From NCBI GenBank assembly GCA_963796965.1, contig CAWCNS010000012.1, positions 61,279 to 125,278 of the forward strand: DNA of 64,000 nucleotides, given 5' to 3'. Position 1 is the stretch's first letter, and every line of letters begins with the position of its first letter. The notes under the pieces are model-generated. The model saw only the letters and a list, made by a program, of their open reading frames with translations. It did not search any database and was not told where the DNA came from. A program made the position numbers and the translations under genes. This DNA comes from Calditrichia bacterium. Its GTDB lineage: Bacteria > Calditrichota > Calditrichia > JAJRVZ01. This document shows positions 18,721 to 29,331 of this stretch, in pieces.

Positions 18721-19359
18721 ATGAACAAACTTCACATTCTCATATTCTTAATTGCCCCCGTTTTGTTGTTTGCTCAAAGTGCAGCTGATGAGTTAGTAAA
18801 TATTAAAGAGTTGATTCCGGACATTGTCCTGGATCTTAAGTATAGCACTATTGATAATTTTACCGGTCAAAAGCTCTACACCACTAATGAATGCTTGATG
18901 TCGCATGGTGCAATCAAGCACATTATCCTTGTGCAGGACTCCCTTAAAAGAATATCCCACCACAATGGAAAATCTTATCCAAAAGGAATTGGAATTAAAG
19001 TATGGGATGCCTACCGTCCCAGAGCGGTTCAATATTTAATGTGGGAGATCTTTCCTAACCCAACTTATGTTGCAAATCCCTCCAGTGGATCCGTTCACAA
19101 CCGGGGTGGTGCTATCGATCTTACACTCGTTGATTTGAGTACCGGTGAAGAATTAGAAATGCCGACTGAGTTTGACTATTTTGGTGAAGAGGCCTGGCAT
19201 GGGTATTCTGATTTACCACCAGATGCTATCGCTAATCGTCAACTTTTATATGATATGATGACAAATATCGCAGGGTTTGAAATATATTCAAATGAGTGGT
19301 GGCATTATACCTGGACTCCTTCAAAAGCTTTTCCCCTACAAGACTTCCAGATGAAATAA
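18721..19359 (+). CDS. D-alanyl-D-alanine dipeptidase (VanX/DdpX-like M15 peptidase), secreted
   Basis: Signal peptide, plus AYRPRAVQ, HNRGGAIDLTLVD and EWWHY motifs of the VanX family. Confidence 0.8.
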   Translation: MNKLHILIFLIAPVLLFAQSAADELVNIKELIPDIVLDLKYSTIDNFTGQKLYTTNECLMSHGAIKHIILVQDSLKRISHHNGKSYPKGIGIKVWDAYRPRAVQYLMWEIFPNPTYVANPSSGSVHNRGGAIDLTLVDLSTGEELEMPTEFDYFGEEAWHGYSDLPPDAIANRQLLYDMMTNIAGFEIYSNEWWHYTWTPSKAFPLQDFQMK

Positions 19360-19369
19360 AGGATTGTAA

Positions 19370-21649
19370 ATGATAAAATTAATTACATTTACCGTTTTTA
19401 TTCTGTTTGTTTCTATCTGTTTTTCCGGCGAAGAAGCACTGGTCAATACCTATACGGATTCCACTCAACGTGATCCTCAAATTGCCCGGGATGGAGAGGG
19501 GAATTATGCCATCGTCTGGAATTCAAAAGAGCAGGAAGGCCCTAAATCGCAAGGGGATATTTATTTACAATTATTCACGGCGGCTAATTTGAAGGTAGGG
19601 GATGAGCAAAAGGTAAATCTCGTCACCAGGGGGGATCAGGAAAGACCGGCAATCGCCATGCATGAAGACGGTACCTTTGTGATTGCCTGGTCATCGTTTA
19701 CGCATTCCGATTCTGTATATGATATAAAAGCAAGACTTTATAAAAATAATACACCCATAACCTCTGAATTTATTGTAAATACGACAACCGTTCATTCTCA
19801 AACAAATCCAGATGTGGCTGTGGATAGCCAGGGTGGTTTTATTATTGTATGGGATTCCTGGTACCAGGATGGAAGTGACCGGGGGATTTTTGCACAGCGT
19901 TATGATAAAGATGGTAAAAAGACAGGCTCCGAGTTTCAGGTAAATACAACCACTATATATAGCCAAGCCAGACCTGCAGTTGAATTTCTTGTCGATGATC
20001 GTGCTCTGGTTACATGGGAATCCTGGAATCAGGATGATGCAAATCCTTCAGGTTATGGTGTGTTTGGGCAACTTTTTGATTCTCTCGGTGAAAAAATTGA
20101 TGATGAATTTCAGGTAAATACGCAGGTTGAGAACTACCAATGGTTTAGCGCAATTGAAACGTTTTCAGACAGTACATTTATTATTGTCTGGTGTAGTTGG
20201 GAACAAGATGGGGATGATGGCGGGATCTATTTACAAAGATTCGATAAAGATGCAAAAAAAGTTGGTGGAGAACTAAAAGTCAATCATCAAACAATTTACT
20301 ATCAATGGCTCCCGAGAATAGTAAATCTTGATGGGAAAAATTTTGCGGTTATCTGGTCCAGTTGGAAGCAGGATGGTAGCCGCGAAGGTATTGTTGCGAG
20401 ATTCTTTAACGAAGCGGACAAAACGGCTTCGCTCGAAGTATCGGTGAATGATTATACGGATAGTTACCAATGGGAACCTGATGTAATAAAAACCGCGGAC
20501 AATGAATTGTTAGTTGTCTGGTCAAGCTGGGGAGAATTGGGAAAAGATTATGAAATTAAGGCTAAAAATATATCCGCCCATTATACCCAGGGGATATTAA
20601 ATCCTTTCTCTTATGAGCATGAGGCGGGAATGAGTACGACCTCATTTATAGTACATGTTCTTGATTCTACAGCGCTAACCGGTGACGAGTATGCACTTCA
20701 TTTTGAATCACTAAATTCGGATACGGCTTTAGTGAATATTAAAAATCGCCGAAGCGATATATGGGTTATTGAGGATTTTCGTATACATATAGGAACAGGC
20801 TATTCGTTCATTACCCCCGTTTTTGAAGGTGTAAGGGTAGAAATTATTCCGGAATTTGAGTTTAGGTTAGATGAAGAGCGTACCACGTTCATTAATAATT
20901 CAGGTAGTACCTTACAATTTGAAGTAACTGAGAGTAGTGTGGGTACTAAAAATCTTGCACCGATTGATGTCGCCCTGATCTGGGGAAATATGGATAAACT
21001 TGAGAATGGCACCTATGTCAGTCCCTTGGATACTGCAATGGGAATTGATGGCCTGGTGGATATCGAAGTTCCCTTTTTCGCCTTAAATTTATCAGATGAC
21101 GCAAAGATGGACCTGTTGGTTGTTGATGAAGATGAAGTTGTTAATAATCAATGGGACCCCAAGGAGAGAATTGTACTTTTTACTCCTCCACCATATGGGA
21201 AATCAGCCACGGATATGCATGTACAGGTGGCAACAGATTTCTCAGCCGATAGTTTGATTTTACCCGCTGAAGGTGATTCAAATCTAATATATACTATCAG
21301 GCCCCTAAGAAATACAGATGTTTTTACTTTTAGTACAACCGCCTCGGATATTCTGAGTACTGAAGAAAATATCGGTTTGACTCCGGAACATTTTGAGATT
21401 TATCAAAACTACCCAAACCCCTTTAATCCAAACACAAAAGTTGGCTTTCATATCCCTGAAAGCGGCAAAGTTAATGTGTCTGTTTACAATGTTTTAGGTC
21501 AAAAAATAATAACATTGGTAGATGGTATACGCAAGATGGGGTATCATTCCGTGGAATTTAACGGAAACGGGCTTGCTACTGGAATGTATTTTTATGTCGT
21601 TCGCTTCAATGAGCAGTTTCAGAGTAAAAGAATGCTCCTGGTCAAGTGA
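19370..21649 (+). CDS. Secreted protein: seven tandem repeats of about 55 aa + middle region + T9SS C-terminal sorting domain
   Basis: Signal peptide. Repeats each start with VN and contain (I/V)(I/V)W-S-W-QDG. The C-terminus (YQNYPNPFNPNTKVGF...GMYFYVVRF...RMLLVK) is a Por secretion tail. Confidence 0.75.
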   Translation: MIKLITFTVFILFVSICFSGEEALVNTYTDSTQRDPQIARDGEGNYAIVWNSKEQEGPKSQGDIYLQLFTAANLKVGDEQKVNLVTRGDQERPAIAMHEDGTFVIAWSSFTHSDSVYDIKARLYKNNTPITSEFIVNTTTVHSQTNPDVAVDSQGGFIIVWDSWYQDGSDRGIFAQRYDKDGKKTGSEFQVNTTTIYSQARPAVEFLVDDRALVTWESWNQDDANPSGYGVFGQLFDSLGEKIDDEFQVNTQVENYQWFSAIETFSDSTFIIVWCSWEQDGDDGGIYLQRFDKDAKKVGGELKVNHQTIYYQWLPRIVNLDGKNFAVIWSSWKQDGSREGIVARFFNEADKTASLEVSVNDYTDSYQWEPDVIKTADNELLVVWSSWGELGKDYEIKAKNISAHYTQGILNPFSYEHEAGMSTTSFIVHVLDSTALTGDEYALHFESLNSDTALVNIKNRRSDIWVIEDFRIHIGTGYSFITPVFEGVRVEIIPEFEFRLDEERTTFINNSGSTLQFEVTESSVGTKNLAPIDVALIWGNMDKLENGTYVSPLDTAMGIDGLVDIEVPFFALNLSDDAKMDLLVVDEDEVVNNQWDPKERIVLFTPPPYGKSATDMHVQVATDFSADSLILPAEGDSNLIYTIRPLRNTDVFTFSTTASDILSTEENIGLTPEHFEIYQNYPNPFNPNTKVGFHIPESGKVNVSVYNVLGQKIITLVDGIRKMGYHSVEFNGNGLATGMYFYVVRFNEQFQSKRMLLVK

Positions 21650-21792
21650 TAAAAGATACGGGATATTCGATATTGGATCGAAAGAGTTGATGTGTGCCTC
21701 GAGATACGCGATCCGGGATTAAAGAAAAAACATTGTTCAAAACTATTTGACATAGAACCAGAGTGGACACGCCTTCTTATATTAATAATCAG

Positions 21793-21819
21793 GAGACGTC
21801 CACCTGGGACGTCTCTACA
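21793..21819. repeat. GC-rich hairpin GAGACGTCC-N5-GGACGTCTC-TACA (family D, copy 1)
   Basis: 9-bp perfect stem. The same motif occurs at 61679-61705. It lies between convergent genes. Confidence 0.7.
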
Positions 21820-21867
21820 ACTTTGCTCACTACTCTTTTTTTTACTCTTCTCTCTTCTATTTTTATT

Positions 21868-23140
21868 CTATTCCGCCCTCAAATCCTCAATACTATCTTT
21901 AGCCTTTTCTGCATATTTTGAATTTGGAAAATTTTTAATCACTTCCGTATAGGTATCTATTGCTGCCTGCTTATTATTTAATTCATCGGAATACATTTCA
22001 GCAGCGTCGTAGAGCCGTTCAGATGCATCCTCACGCTCGGGATATTGACTCGAATACAATTTGAGGATCTCAATGGCTTTTTCATAATTCTCAATATTTT
22101 TTCGATAAATAGTCTCGATCTCCAATAATGCTTCCGGAGCGTACTCATTTTTTGGGTACAATTCGAATATTTGATGATAACTGGCAATCGCCTCTTCGTG
22201 TCGCTCTTTGTCTTCCATGATTTCTGCAACTCTCTTTAACGATTCTACAGCATATTTACTATCTGGATAGGTTTCAACCAATACTCTGTAGTTTGCTACG
22301 GCCTCATCAGGATTGTCTAATTTTTTCTCATATAATTCAGCAAGATAGAATTGTGCTTCGCCAGCTACAGGTGCCTCTGGATGAGCAGCAATAAGACTGA
22401 CAAAGGTATCTTTTGCTTTTTGATAGTCCCCTGTCTCTTCATATTGTAGGTATCCCGTTTGAAACAATGCCTGGGGTATGAGAATACTTTCAGGCGTGAT
22501 AAAACGTATGCGGTTGTAGGAAAATATTGCCTGATGCTCCTCTGATAATTTTGTATAAATATCACCAATCCAATAATACAACTGATCGACATTTTTTGCT
22601 TCCTTGGTATAGCCACGCATATAGGAATTGATCTGTTGTATTAGCGCCTCATTTAGGCCTTCGATATTGAGCTCATAGAGAAAGACTTAAATATTCATAG
22701 GTCGCCGAATTTCGATCTGGAAAAGAAATGGAATGACTAATCAATTCATCGATTTGCTTCCTTTTTTCTTTAAAAGTACTCTCATCTTTGTTATGGACAA
22801 TCTGATTGAGGTTTGAAAGTGCATCATTCCGTCTGTCGCTGCTTGAATATATAAATTTAAACTGAAGGTATGATAAAAATGCAAGTGAAAATTCTTTTTC
22901 TTCTTCATATAGATTCGCCAACATGAAAAGAACTTCGTCAGCATTTGGAGAATTTGGAAATTGTTCAAGAAACTGCAAATTCTCTTGAATTAGATAATCC
23001 ATAACATTAGAATTTCTCATACTATACGCATCCTGCAAATACTTAAATGATCCCTCTTCAGGAACCTGTGCTAAGATTCCACTAATAAATATCAGACTTC
23101 CTATTATACTTAAATAGATTGTTTTCATGATCCTCTCCAA
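21868..23140 (-). CDS. TPR-repeat (BamD/YbgF-like) protein with signal peptide; frame interrupted at about 22675-22690
   Basis: The ORF 22673-23140 (signal peptide, TPR-like) stops at ...YEYLSLSL*. The next frame continues VFLYELNIEGLNEALIQQINSYMRGYTKEA... into ORF 21868-22620, which is TPR-rich. Confidence 0.6.
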
Positions 23141-23145
23141 ATTAT

Positions 23146-24798
23146 TTATAAATATTTTTTTGGTTCTACAAAAATTGTTTTACTATGTGTTATTAATACA
23201 GCACCCGGTTCAGATTTCCTTGGTTTACGTACATATTTTACTTTTGTATAATTGACTGGCACCGTTGCAGATGTCTTTGCTGCACTAAAATAGGCTGCAA
23301 TACTGGCTGCTTTTTCAATAATAGCCATGGGTGGCTCTATATTCTTATCGGTCTGATAAATGATAACATGAGATCCCGGAACACCCTGGGCATGAAGCCA
23401 GTAATCATATTTATGAGCAAATTTGAAAGTAAGCAAGTCATTGTTCTTTGCATTTTTCCCAATCAATATCTCCCATTTATTATCCAGTAATAAGCGGTTA
23501 AAAGAAGATTTATCCAGGATATTCGTTCTTTTGTTTGAAACTCCTTTTTGCCAGGCTCTTTTTTGGGTTAAAACTTGCTCAAGCTGTTCAACTTTTTTTA
23601 AGCTATCAATTTTTTTTGAATCTTCATAGATATATTTCCAATAATTCAACTCATCGTTGTAAGTGTCTTTCTTGGAGATAATCTCTATCTTCATCTTATC
23701 GATGTTTTTATACTTTGAAAAATACTTGGCTGCGTTTTCCTGAATTGATAATCCGGGATCAAGTTTAATTGTTATTTCTTCGTTTTTATCTGAAAACAAG
23801 TTTTTTAGTGCAACCTGATGATCTCCTCGTCTTATCTCATGAGAAAAAGTTTGTAAAAGATGACCTTTAACTTCTGATAATTTCTTTTTTTCTTCAAGAT
23901 CGCTAAAATCAGAGATTTTTTTGAGTGTCTTTTTTAGATAATCTATCCGCTTTTGCACTACGGTTTGGCATCTTGTCAATTTCTGCTGAACCTGATGTTT
24001 TTGATGATGCAGATAGAGAAACCGGCTCCACGCCATATTCAAATTGTCAAATTCTGATGGAATATAACCGGGCTCGAGATGATTCAGCGGCAATAATGAA
24101 AAGATCGGAACCCTGGTTGCATGTTCATTCAAATAATATGAATTCGAACTCATCTCCCCATCTAATGCTAATACACCTCTTTTTATTTCCGCCCAGCAAT
24201 TTTTATCAATATCTGAGAGTAAAGTCTCATTATTTAGTTTTGTCCTGAAACATAACTCTTTTATCAGCAAATTATTATAGCCACCAACTTTATGTTTGAG
24301 ATAATCGGCAATGGATTGGTTACTTTCCGGTTTTTCAACGTCCTGAAATTGAGAAGCAGATAATTGTTCCTGTGTAATTTTATTTTGATTAATGGCTTTT
24401 AAATTCCTGTCCTTCTTAAAAGAGGCTTCTATCTTGTTCTCATGGTTAATCAATAATATATTCTGATTAGATCCGTAAAAGATGCACTGGATCTGGAAAT
24501 CCTCTGTTTTGAGAAAGATTTTTTTATCGTAGGGAAAAATCTTTATGTCTTTAATTCTTTTATTCTCTAGTCCTTTAAATAATTCAATCCGGGGATCGCG
24601 AATATTGTGTGCCTTATCGAGAATTATATATGGAAGGTGTGCTTGGACACCTATTCTTAAATAATAATGTTCCTTATATTTTAGCTCTATAATCAATTCA
24701 TCTTTGCGAAAGGAGAAGCAGCTAGTGATCAGCTGCTCCTTCTAAGTAGGCCGCCAGGTTGGATACCTGTTTCTCAAATAAAAAATAATTTCGATGCA
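23146..24798 (-). CDS. NFACT-family (RqcH/FbpA-like, DUF814) protein; N-terminal 35 codons disrupted
   Basis: C-terminal NFACT-R motif (WLHAQGVPGSHVII). The N-terminus MHRNYFYL... (ATG 24798) is interrupted by an in-frame TAG. The conserved EKQVSNLAAYLEG stretch sits in another frame. Confidence 0.7.
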
Positions 24799-24946
24799 TG
24801 GATGATCTATAATCTACCCGTTTAAAATCGTTGAAATCAAGGATTGTCTTAAAAGCCCGTCTTTGCTTTTAATTCTTTATTTTTATAAATTTTAACACAA
24901 AAATATAACTAAAAATAATGTACACTTCAGGAAAAAAACGCCAATA

Positions 24947-25825
24947 ATGCTAAGAAGTATGACAGGCTTTGGCCGTGCCGAAATCAAAAACGGTCAATTT
25001 GAATTTTCGGTAGAGATTAGAAGTCTCAATAACCGTTATCTCGATATCGGAATGAAAATTCCAAAATCGTTAAATGCTTACGAATATAAATTAAAAGAAT
25101 TGATCAAGACCTCTGTTAAAAGGGGTAAAGTTTCCATTTCGATTTCTTTTAATGACCTTAAAATGTCTGATAGTGATTTTCGTCTCAACGAGGAAACGGT
25201 ACGATACTATCTACAATTATTGAAGGAATTAAAAAAAGTAACACAGATTGATGACGAGATCACCTTAACCCATTTATTACAATTTAGAGAATTGGTTGAA
25301 CCGGAAGAAATCACTCCCGAGGATGGAGATATTGAGTTATCGCTCATCCAGGTATTTAAAGAGGCACTCAAAAATCTCAATGAAATGCGCCAACATGAGG
25401 CACGTAATCTTGGCGCTGATATCCGGGACCGTTTGCAGATAATTAATGAGATAACCAAGAGTATAACCGCGAGAGCAAAGGATTCTCCCCGCCATGAATT
25501 GAATAAATTATATAATCGGCTAAAAGAACAAATCTCAAATAATGATATAGATAAAGATAGACTTGAACTTGAACTGGCATTGATCGCAGATAAAGTGGAT
25601 ATTACTGAAGAATGTGAGCGAATGGCCAGTCATGTGAAATTATTTGAGGATGTTTTAGCAAATAATGATGAGGTGGGTAAACAGCTAACCTTTCTTTTGC
25701 AGGAAATGCACCGCGAAACAAATACAATCGGTTCAAAAACTGCCGATATAACTATATCCCACGAAATGATCAGATTAAAAGAAGAAATAGAAAAGTTACG
25801 CGAACAGGTGCAGAATCTGGAATAG
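24947..25825 (+). CDS. yicC: YicC-family stress-induced protein
   Basis: MLRSMTGFGRAE N-terminus and the C-terminal LLQEMHRETNTIGSK motif. Confidence 0.9.
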   Translation: MLRSMTGFGRAEIKNGQFEFSVEIRSLNNRYLDIGMKIPKSLNAYEYKLKELIKTSVKRGKVSISISFNDLKMSDSDFRLNEETVRYYLQLLKELKKVTQIDDEITLTHLLQFRELVEPEEITPEDGDIELSLIQVFKEALKNLNEMRQHEARNLGADIRDRLQIINEITKSITARAKDSPRHELNKLYNRLKEQISNNDIDKDRLELELALIADKVDITEECERMASHVKLFEDVLANNDEVGKQLTFLLQEMHRETNTIGSKTADITISHEMIRLKEEIEKLREQVQNLE

Positions 25826-25830
25826 ATATT

Positions 25831-26388
25831 ATGTCTGAGTTTAAAAGTCAGTTAATCGTCCTCTCCGCTCCCTCTGGTGCTGGTAAAACAACAATCGCAA
25901 ATCTATTGGTTTCCCGCTATCCTCAAATGGCCATCTCGGTATCCGCGACCACAAGGACAAAGCGTCCACGTGAAAAGGATGGAATCCATTATCATTTTCT
26001 TGATGAATCGCGCTTTAAGGATTATATCGAAAAAGATAAATTCCTGGAGTTTGAACAGGTTCATGATGACTACTACGGAACTCTGAAAAGTGATGTGGAA
26101 AAATTACTGGAACTAGGAAAAACTGTAGTTTTTGATATCGACGTTAAGGGTGCTCTTTCAATAAAAAGAAATTATCCACAGGCAATTTTAATTTTCATCA
26201 AAACGCCCTCATTGGCAGAGTTAAGGAATCGTTTAAAGAAAAGAAAAAGCGAAAGCAAAGAGGCTATCCAAAAACGACTACAAAGAATTGAATATGAATA
26301 TGTGCAGGCCGATAAATTCGATTATATCGTGATAAATGATGAACTTGAGCATGCCATTCAAAAAATAGTCGATATCATCAGTATGTGA
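25831..26388 (+). CDS. gmk: Guanylate kinase
   Basis: P-loop SAPSGAGKTT, plus SATTRTKRPREKDGIHYHF. Confidence 0.95.
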   Translation: MSEFKSQLIVLSAPSGAGKTTIANLLVSRYPQMAISVSATTRTKRPREKDGIHYHFLDESRFKDYIEKDKFLEFEQVHDDYYGTLKSDVEKLLELGKTVVFDIDVKGALSIKRNYPQAILIFIKTPSLAELRNRLKKRKSESKEAIQKRLQRIEYEYVQADKFDYIVINDELEHAIQKIVDIISM

Positions 26389-26408
26389 TAAAGATTTTTT
26401 CGAAGTGT

Positions 26409-26501
26409 ACAATTCTGTTTTTCGATATTTGTATCGAAATAAAACTGGCGAAATACCACGATAGGCATCGGGAATAGTCAGTTTTAACGAATTTCTTTAT
26501 T
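26409..26501 (+). repeat. Repeat family A, copy 4 (core only)
   Basis: CAATTCTGTTTTTCGATATTTGTATCGAAATAAAACTGGCGAAATACCACGATAGGCATCGGGAATAGTCAGTTTTAACGAATTTCTTTAT. Starts about 20 nt after the gmk stop. Confidence 0.85.
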
Positions 26502-26552
26502 TCTGTCGGCGATTTTTTTTTGTCCATTATATTTAAAAGAGGTAGGTGTGAT

Positions 26553-27767
26553 ATGAACTTAGAAGGTAAAAAGATTCTTCTGGGTATAAGCGGAGGTATC
26601 GCTGCTTATAAAACAGCCGAGATGGTTCGCAGCTGGATTAAAAGTGGTGCTGAAGTTGAAGTTATAATGACACCTGCTGCACAAAAGTTTATCACGCCCC
26701 TCACATTAGAAACCTTGATCAATCGTCAGGTTCATACAGAATTATTTCCTGAATCTCAGTTTAGTGCAACGGTGCATATTGATCTTGCCGATTGGGCAGA
26801 TATTGTAATTGTTGCACCGGCCACTGCTAATACAATTTCCAAAATCAGAATGGGAATTGGAGATGATTTACTTTCTACCGTTTGCCTGGCAGCCTGGCGG
26901 AAAACGGTACTGGCACCGGCAATGAATTCAAATATGTGGATTAATCCTGCGGTTCAGGAAAATCTGGAGTTATTAAAAAACCGAGGTTATCTTGTTATTG
27001 AACCTTCTGCCGGTGATCTGGCCTGTGGCTATACAGGTATTGGTAGACTACCCGATTTATATATCATAGAGCATTGGTTAAAGTATGCATTGCAAAAAAC
27101 TAAAAAATTAAAAGGGAAGACCGTGCTGGTAACTGCCGGGCGCACCGAAGAGGAAATAGACCCTGTACGCCTGCTTACCAACAGATCTTCCGCGAGAATG
27201 GGCTATGCCTTAGCCGAACAGGCCGCTTTTAATGGCGCACGGGTCATTCTGGTCACTGGCCCAAATCAACTCAATCCAATCCCTGGAATTGAAATCCATC
27301 AGATAATATCTGCCACGGAAATGGAAGAAGTAGTCGCTGATTATATTGAATCTTCAGATATTGTTTTTGCCACATCAGCTGTCTCTGATTACCGACCAAA
27401 AGAAGTGCTATTCAGAAAAATGAAAAAAGATAAAAAGGATTTTAGTTTATCAATGGTACAGAATCCTGATATACTGGCGGGAATTGGAAAATTGAAAGGT
27501 AAGAGAATTGTTGTTGGCTTTGCGGTTGAAACGGATAATGAGGAAGAAAATGCAAAGACAAAGATGCGTGCAAAAAACCTTGATATGATTGTTCTAAACA
27601 ATCCATCTGAACCGGGCGCTGGTTTTGGAACGGATACAAATAAGGTGACAGTCTATATTCCCAAGAGAAAGGCCATTAAACTTCCTCTAATGAGCAAATC
27701 CGATGTTGCTGCAAGATTAATTAATGAGGTAGCAAAGATCCTGATTAATCAGAAAAAGAATAAATAA
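26553..27767 (+). CDS. coaBC: Bifunctional phosphopantothenoylcysteine decarboxylase / phosphopantothenate-cysteine ligase
   Basis: KILLGISGGIAAYK flavoprotein N-terminus and a CoaB C-terminal half. I chose the ATG at 26553, preceded by AAGAGGTAGG, over the TTG at 26520. Confidence 0.9.
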   Translation: MNLEGKKILLGISGGIAAYKTAEMVRSWIKSGAEVEVIMTPAAQKFITPLTLETLINRQVHTELFPESQFSATVHIDLADWADIVIVAPATANTISKIRMGIGDDLLSTVCLAAWRKTVLAPAMNSNMWINPAVQENLELLKNRGYLVIEPSAGDLACGYTGIGRLPDLYIIEHWLKYALQKTKKLKGKTVLVTAGRTEEEIDPVRLLTNRSSARMGYALAEQAAFNGARVILVTGPNQLNPIPGIEIHQIISATEMEEVVADYIESSDIVFATSAVSDYRPKEVLFRKMKKDKKDFSLSMVQNPDILAGIGKLKGKRIVVGFAVETDNEEENAKTKMRAKNLDMIVLNNPSEPGAGFGTDTNKVTVYIPKRKAIKLPLMSKSDVAARLINEVAKILINQKKNK

Positions 27768-27810
27768 AGAGTTTATTGATATCTGTTTCCTGCAGATTTA
27801 AAAGTGCGGT

Positions 27811-27841
27811 GGAAATTTTCGCAATATTGAGAAAATTTGCC
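27811..27841. promoter_or_regulatory. Inverted repeat GGAAATTTTC-N10-GAAAATTTGCC, candidate upstream activator site
   Basis: 10 of 11 positions are complementary. The centre lies about 75 nt upstream of the -24 element at 27900. Confidence 0.35.
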
Positions 27842-27899
27842 TAAAATATTGAAAGTAGAAATTAATATAAATCTAATATAAACAAATATATATGCTGTT

Positions 27900-27915
27900 T
27901 GGCTTTATATTTGCA
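27900..27915 (+). promoter_or_regulatory. Candidate sigma-54 promoter, TGGCtttatatTTGCA
   Basis: GG and GC are at the canonical -24/-12 spacing (TGGC-N7-TTGCA). It lies about 60 nt upstream of the rnfC ATG, and AGGAGA sits before that ATG. Confidence 0.5.
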
Positions 27916-27974
27916 TTTAATACATCCTTAATCTAAACCCCAATTACGGTAGACAGATACAAAATAGGAGAAAC

Positions 27975-29312
27975 ATGACGTTGGGATTACCAACTTTTAA
28001 AAAGGGTATACATCCTAAAGACAATAAGGCCTATACAAATCAGAAGCCAATCGAATTCCTGCCATTACCTGATGAAGTTTTTATTCCTCTTCAGCAACAT
28101 ATTGGTGTAAGTGGCGATGTTATAGTGGAAAAGGATGCCGAGGTTAAAACCGGGCAGGTTATTGGGAAAAGTGAAAAGTTTGTTTCTGCCCCGGTACATG
28201 CCTCAATAACCGGAAAAGTTAAGGCGGTTGATCAATTTTTACATCCACTCGGTACAAAGGTGACGATGATCCATATCATAAAAACCTCTGAGGAAGATGA
28301 GTGGGAGAAATTGAAAGTTCCGGAAGATTGGAAATCCACTTCAGTCGATGACTTACGAAATCTAATTTGGAAGGCGGGTATTGTCGGATTGGGTGGCGCG
28401 GCGTTTCCTACTCACGTAAAACTGGCTCCTCCCCGGGAGAAAAAAATTGATACATTTATTCTCAATGGTGTGGAATGTGAACCTTTCCTTACTGCTGATC
28501 ACAGGGCTATGTTGGAAATGGGTGATAAAATTCTGATGGGGATGTCGATCATCATGAAAATTCTCGGCACAGAGAAGGGATATATCGGAATCGAGAATAA
28601 CAAACCTGATGCCATCGAAATAATGAACAAGTTAGTAAAGGATAAATATCCTTCTTTTAAAGTATCGCCTCTAAAGGTTAAATATCCTCAAGGTGCAGAA
28701 AAGATGCTGATTGAGGCTATTGTAAAGCGCAAAGTACCTGCTGGTGGATTACCAATGGATGTGGGGTCAGTTGTTAATAACGTTGGCACGGCCCTGGCAA
28801 TTGCTACCGCCGTTACAGAGGGAAAACCACTGGTTGAAAGAATTGTGACTGTGACGGGGGAGGGTATCAATGAACCAAAGAATGTTATGGCGCGTATTGG
28901 AACGCCATTCCGGGTTTTAGTAGATGCTTGTGGCGGGATGAAAGAAACAACAAATCAGGTTTTTATGGGAGGCCCGATGATGGGTTTTTCTCAGACTAAT
29001 CTTGATGCACCGATTATCAAAGCAACCAGTGGAATCATATGTCGTGATTCTGTCTCTCCGAAAAAAACTCATGTTTATCCCTGTATCCAATGTGGAAATT
29101 GTGTTTCTGTATGTCCGATGAATCTACTTCCCACAAGATTGTCTTCCTTTTCAGAAACAACAAAATTGGCAGAGGCAAACGCATATGGAATTTTAAATTG
29201 TATCGAATGTGGATCCTGTAGCTATGTTTGTCCTTCAAAAATTCCTCTGGTGCAATGGATCAGAGTAGGTAAACTTCAGGTTAGCGAAGCAAAACGTAAA
29301 AAGGTTGCATAA
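27975..29312 (+). CDS. rnfC: Rnf complex subunit C
   Basis: GLGGAAFPT, plus two ferredoxin motifs (CIQCGNCVSVCP, CIECGSCSYVCP). Confidence 0.95.
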   Translation: MTLGLPTFKKGIHPKDNKAYTNQKPIEFLPLPDEVFIPLQQHIGVSGDVIVEKDAEVKTGQVIGKSEKFVSAPVHASITGKVKAVDQFLHPLGTKVTMIHIIKTSEEDEWEKLKVPEDWKSTSVDDLRNLIWKAGIVGLGGAAFPTHVKLAPPREKKIDTFILNGVECEPFLTADHRAMLEMGDKILMGMSIIMKILGTEKGYIGIENNKPDAIEIMNKLVKDKYPSFKVSPLKVKYPQGAEKMLIEAIVKRKVPAGGLPMDVGSVVNNVGTALAIATAVTEGKPLVERIVTVTGEGINEPKNVMARIGTPFRVLVDACGGMKETTNQVFMGGPMMGFSQTNLDAPIIKATSGIICRDSVSPKKTHVYPCIQCGNCVSVCPMNLLPTRLSSFSETTKLAEANAYGILNCIECGSCSYVCPSKIPLVQWIRVGKLQVSEAKRKKVA

Positions 29313-29331
29313 CTAAAGAGATAAAAGGTTT

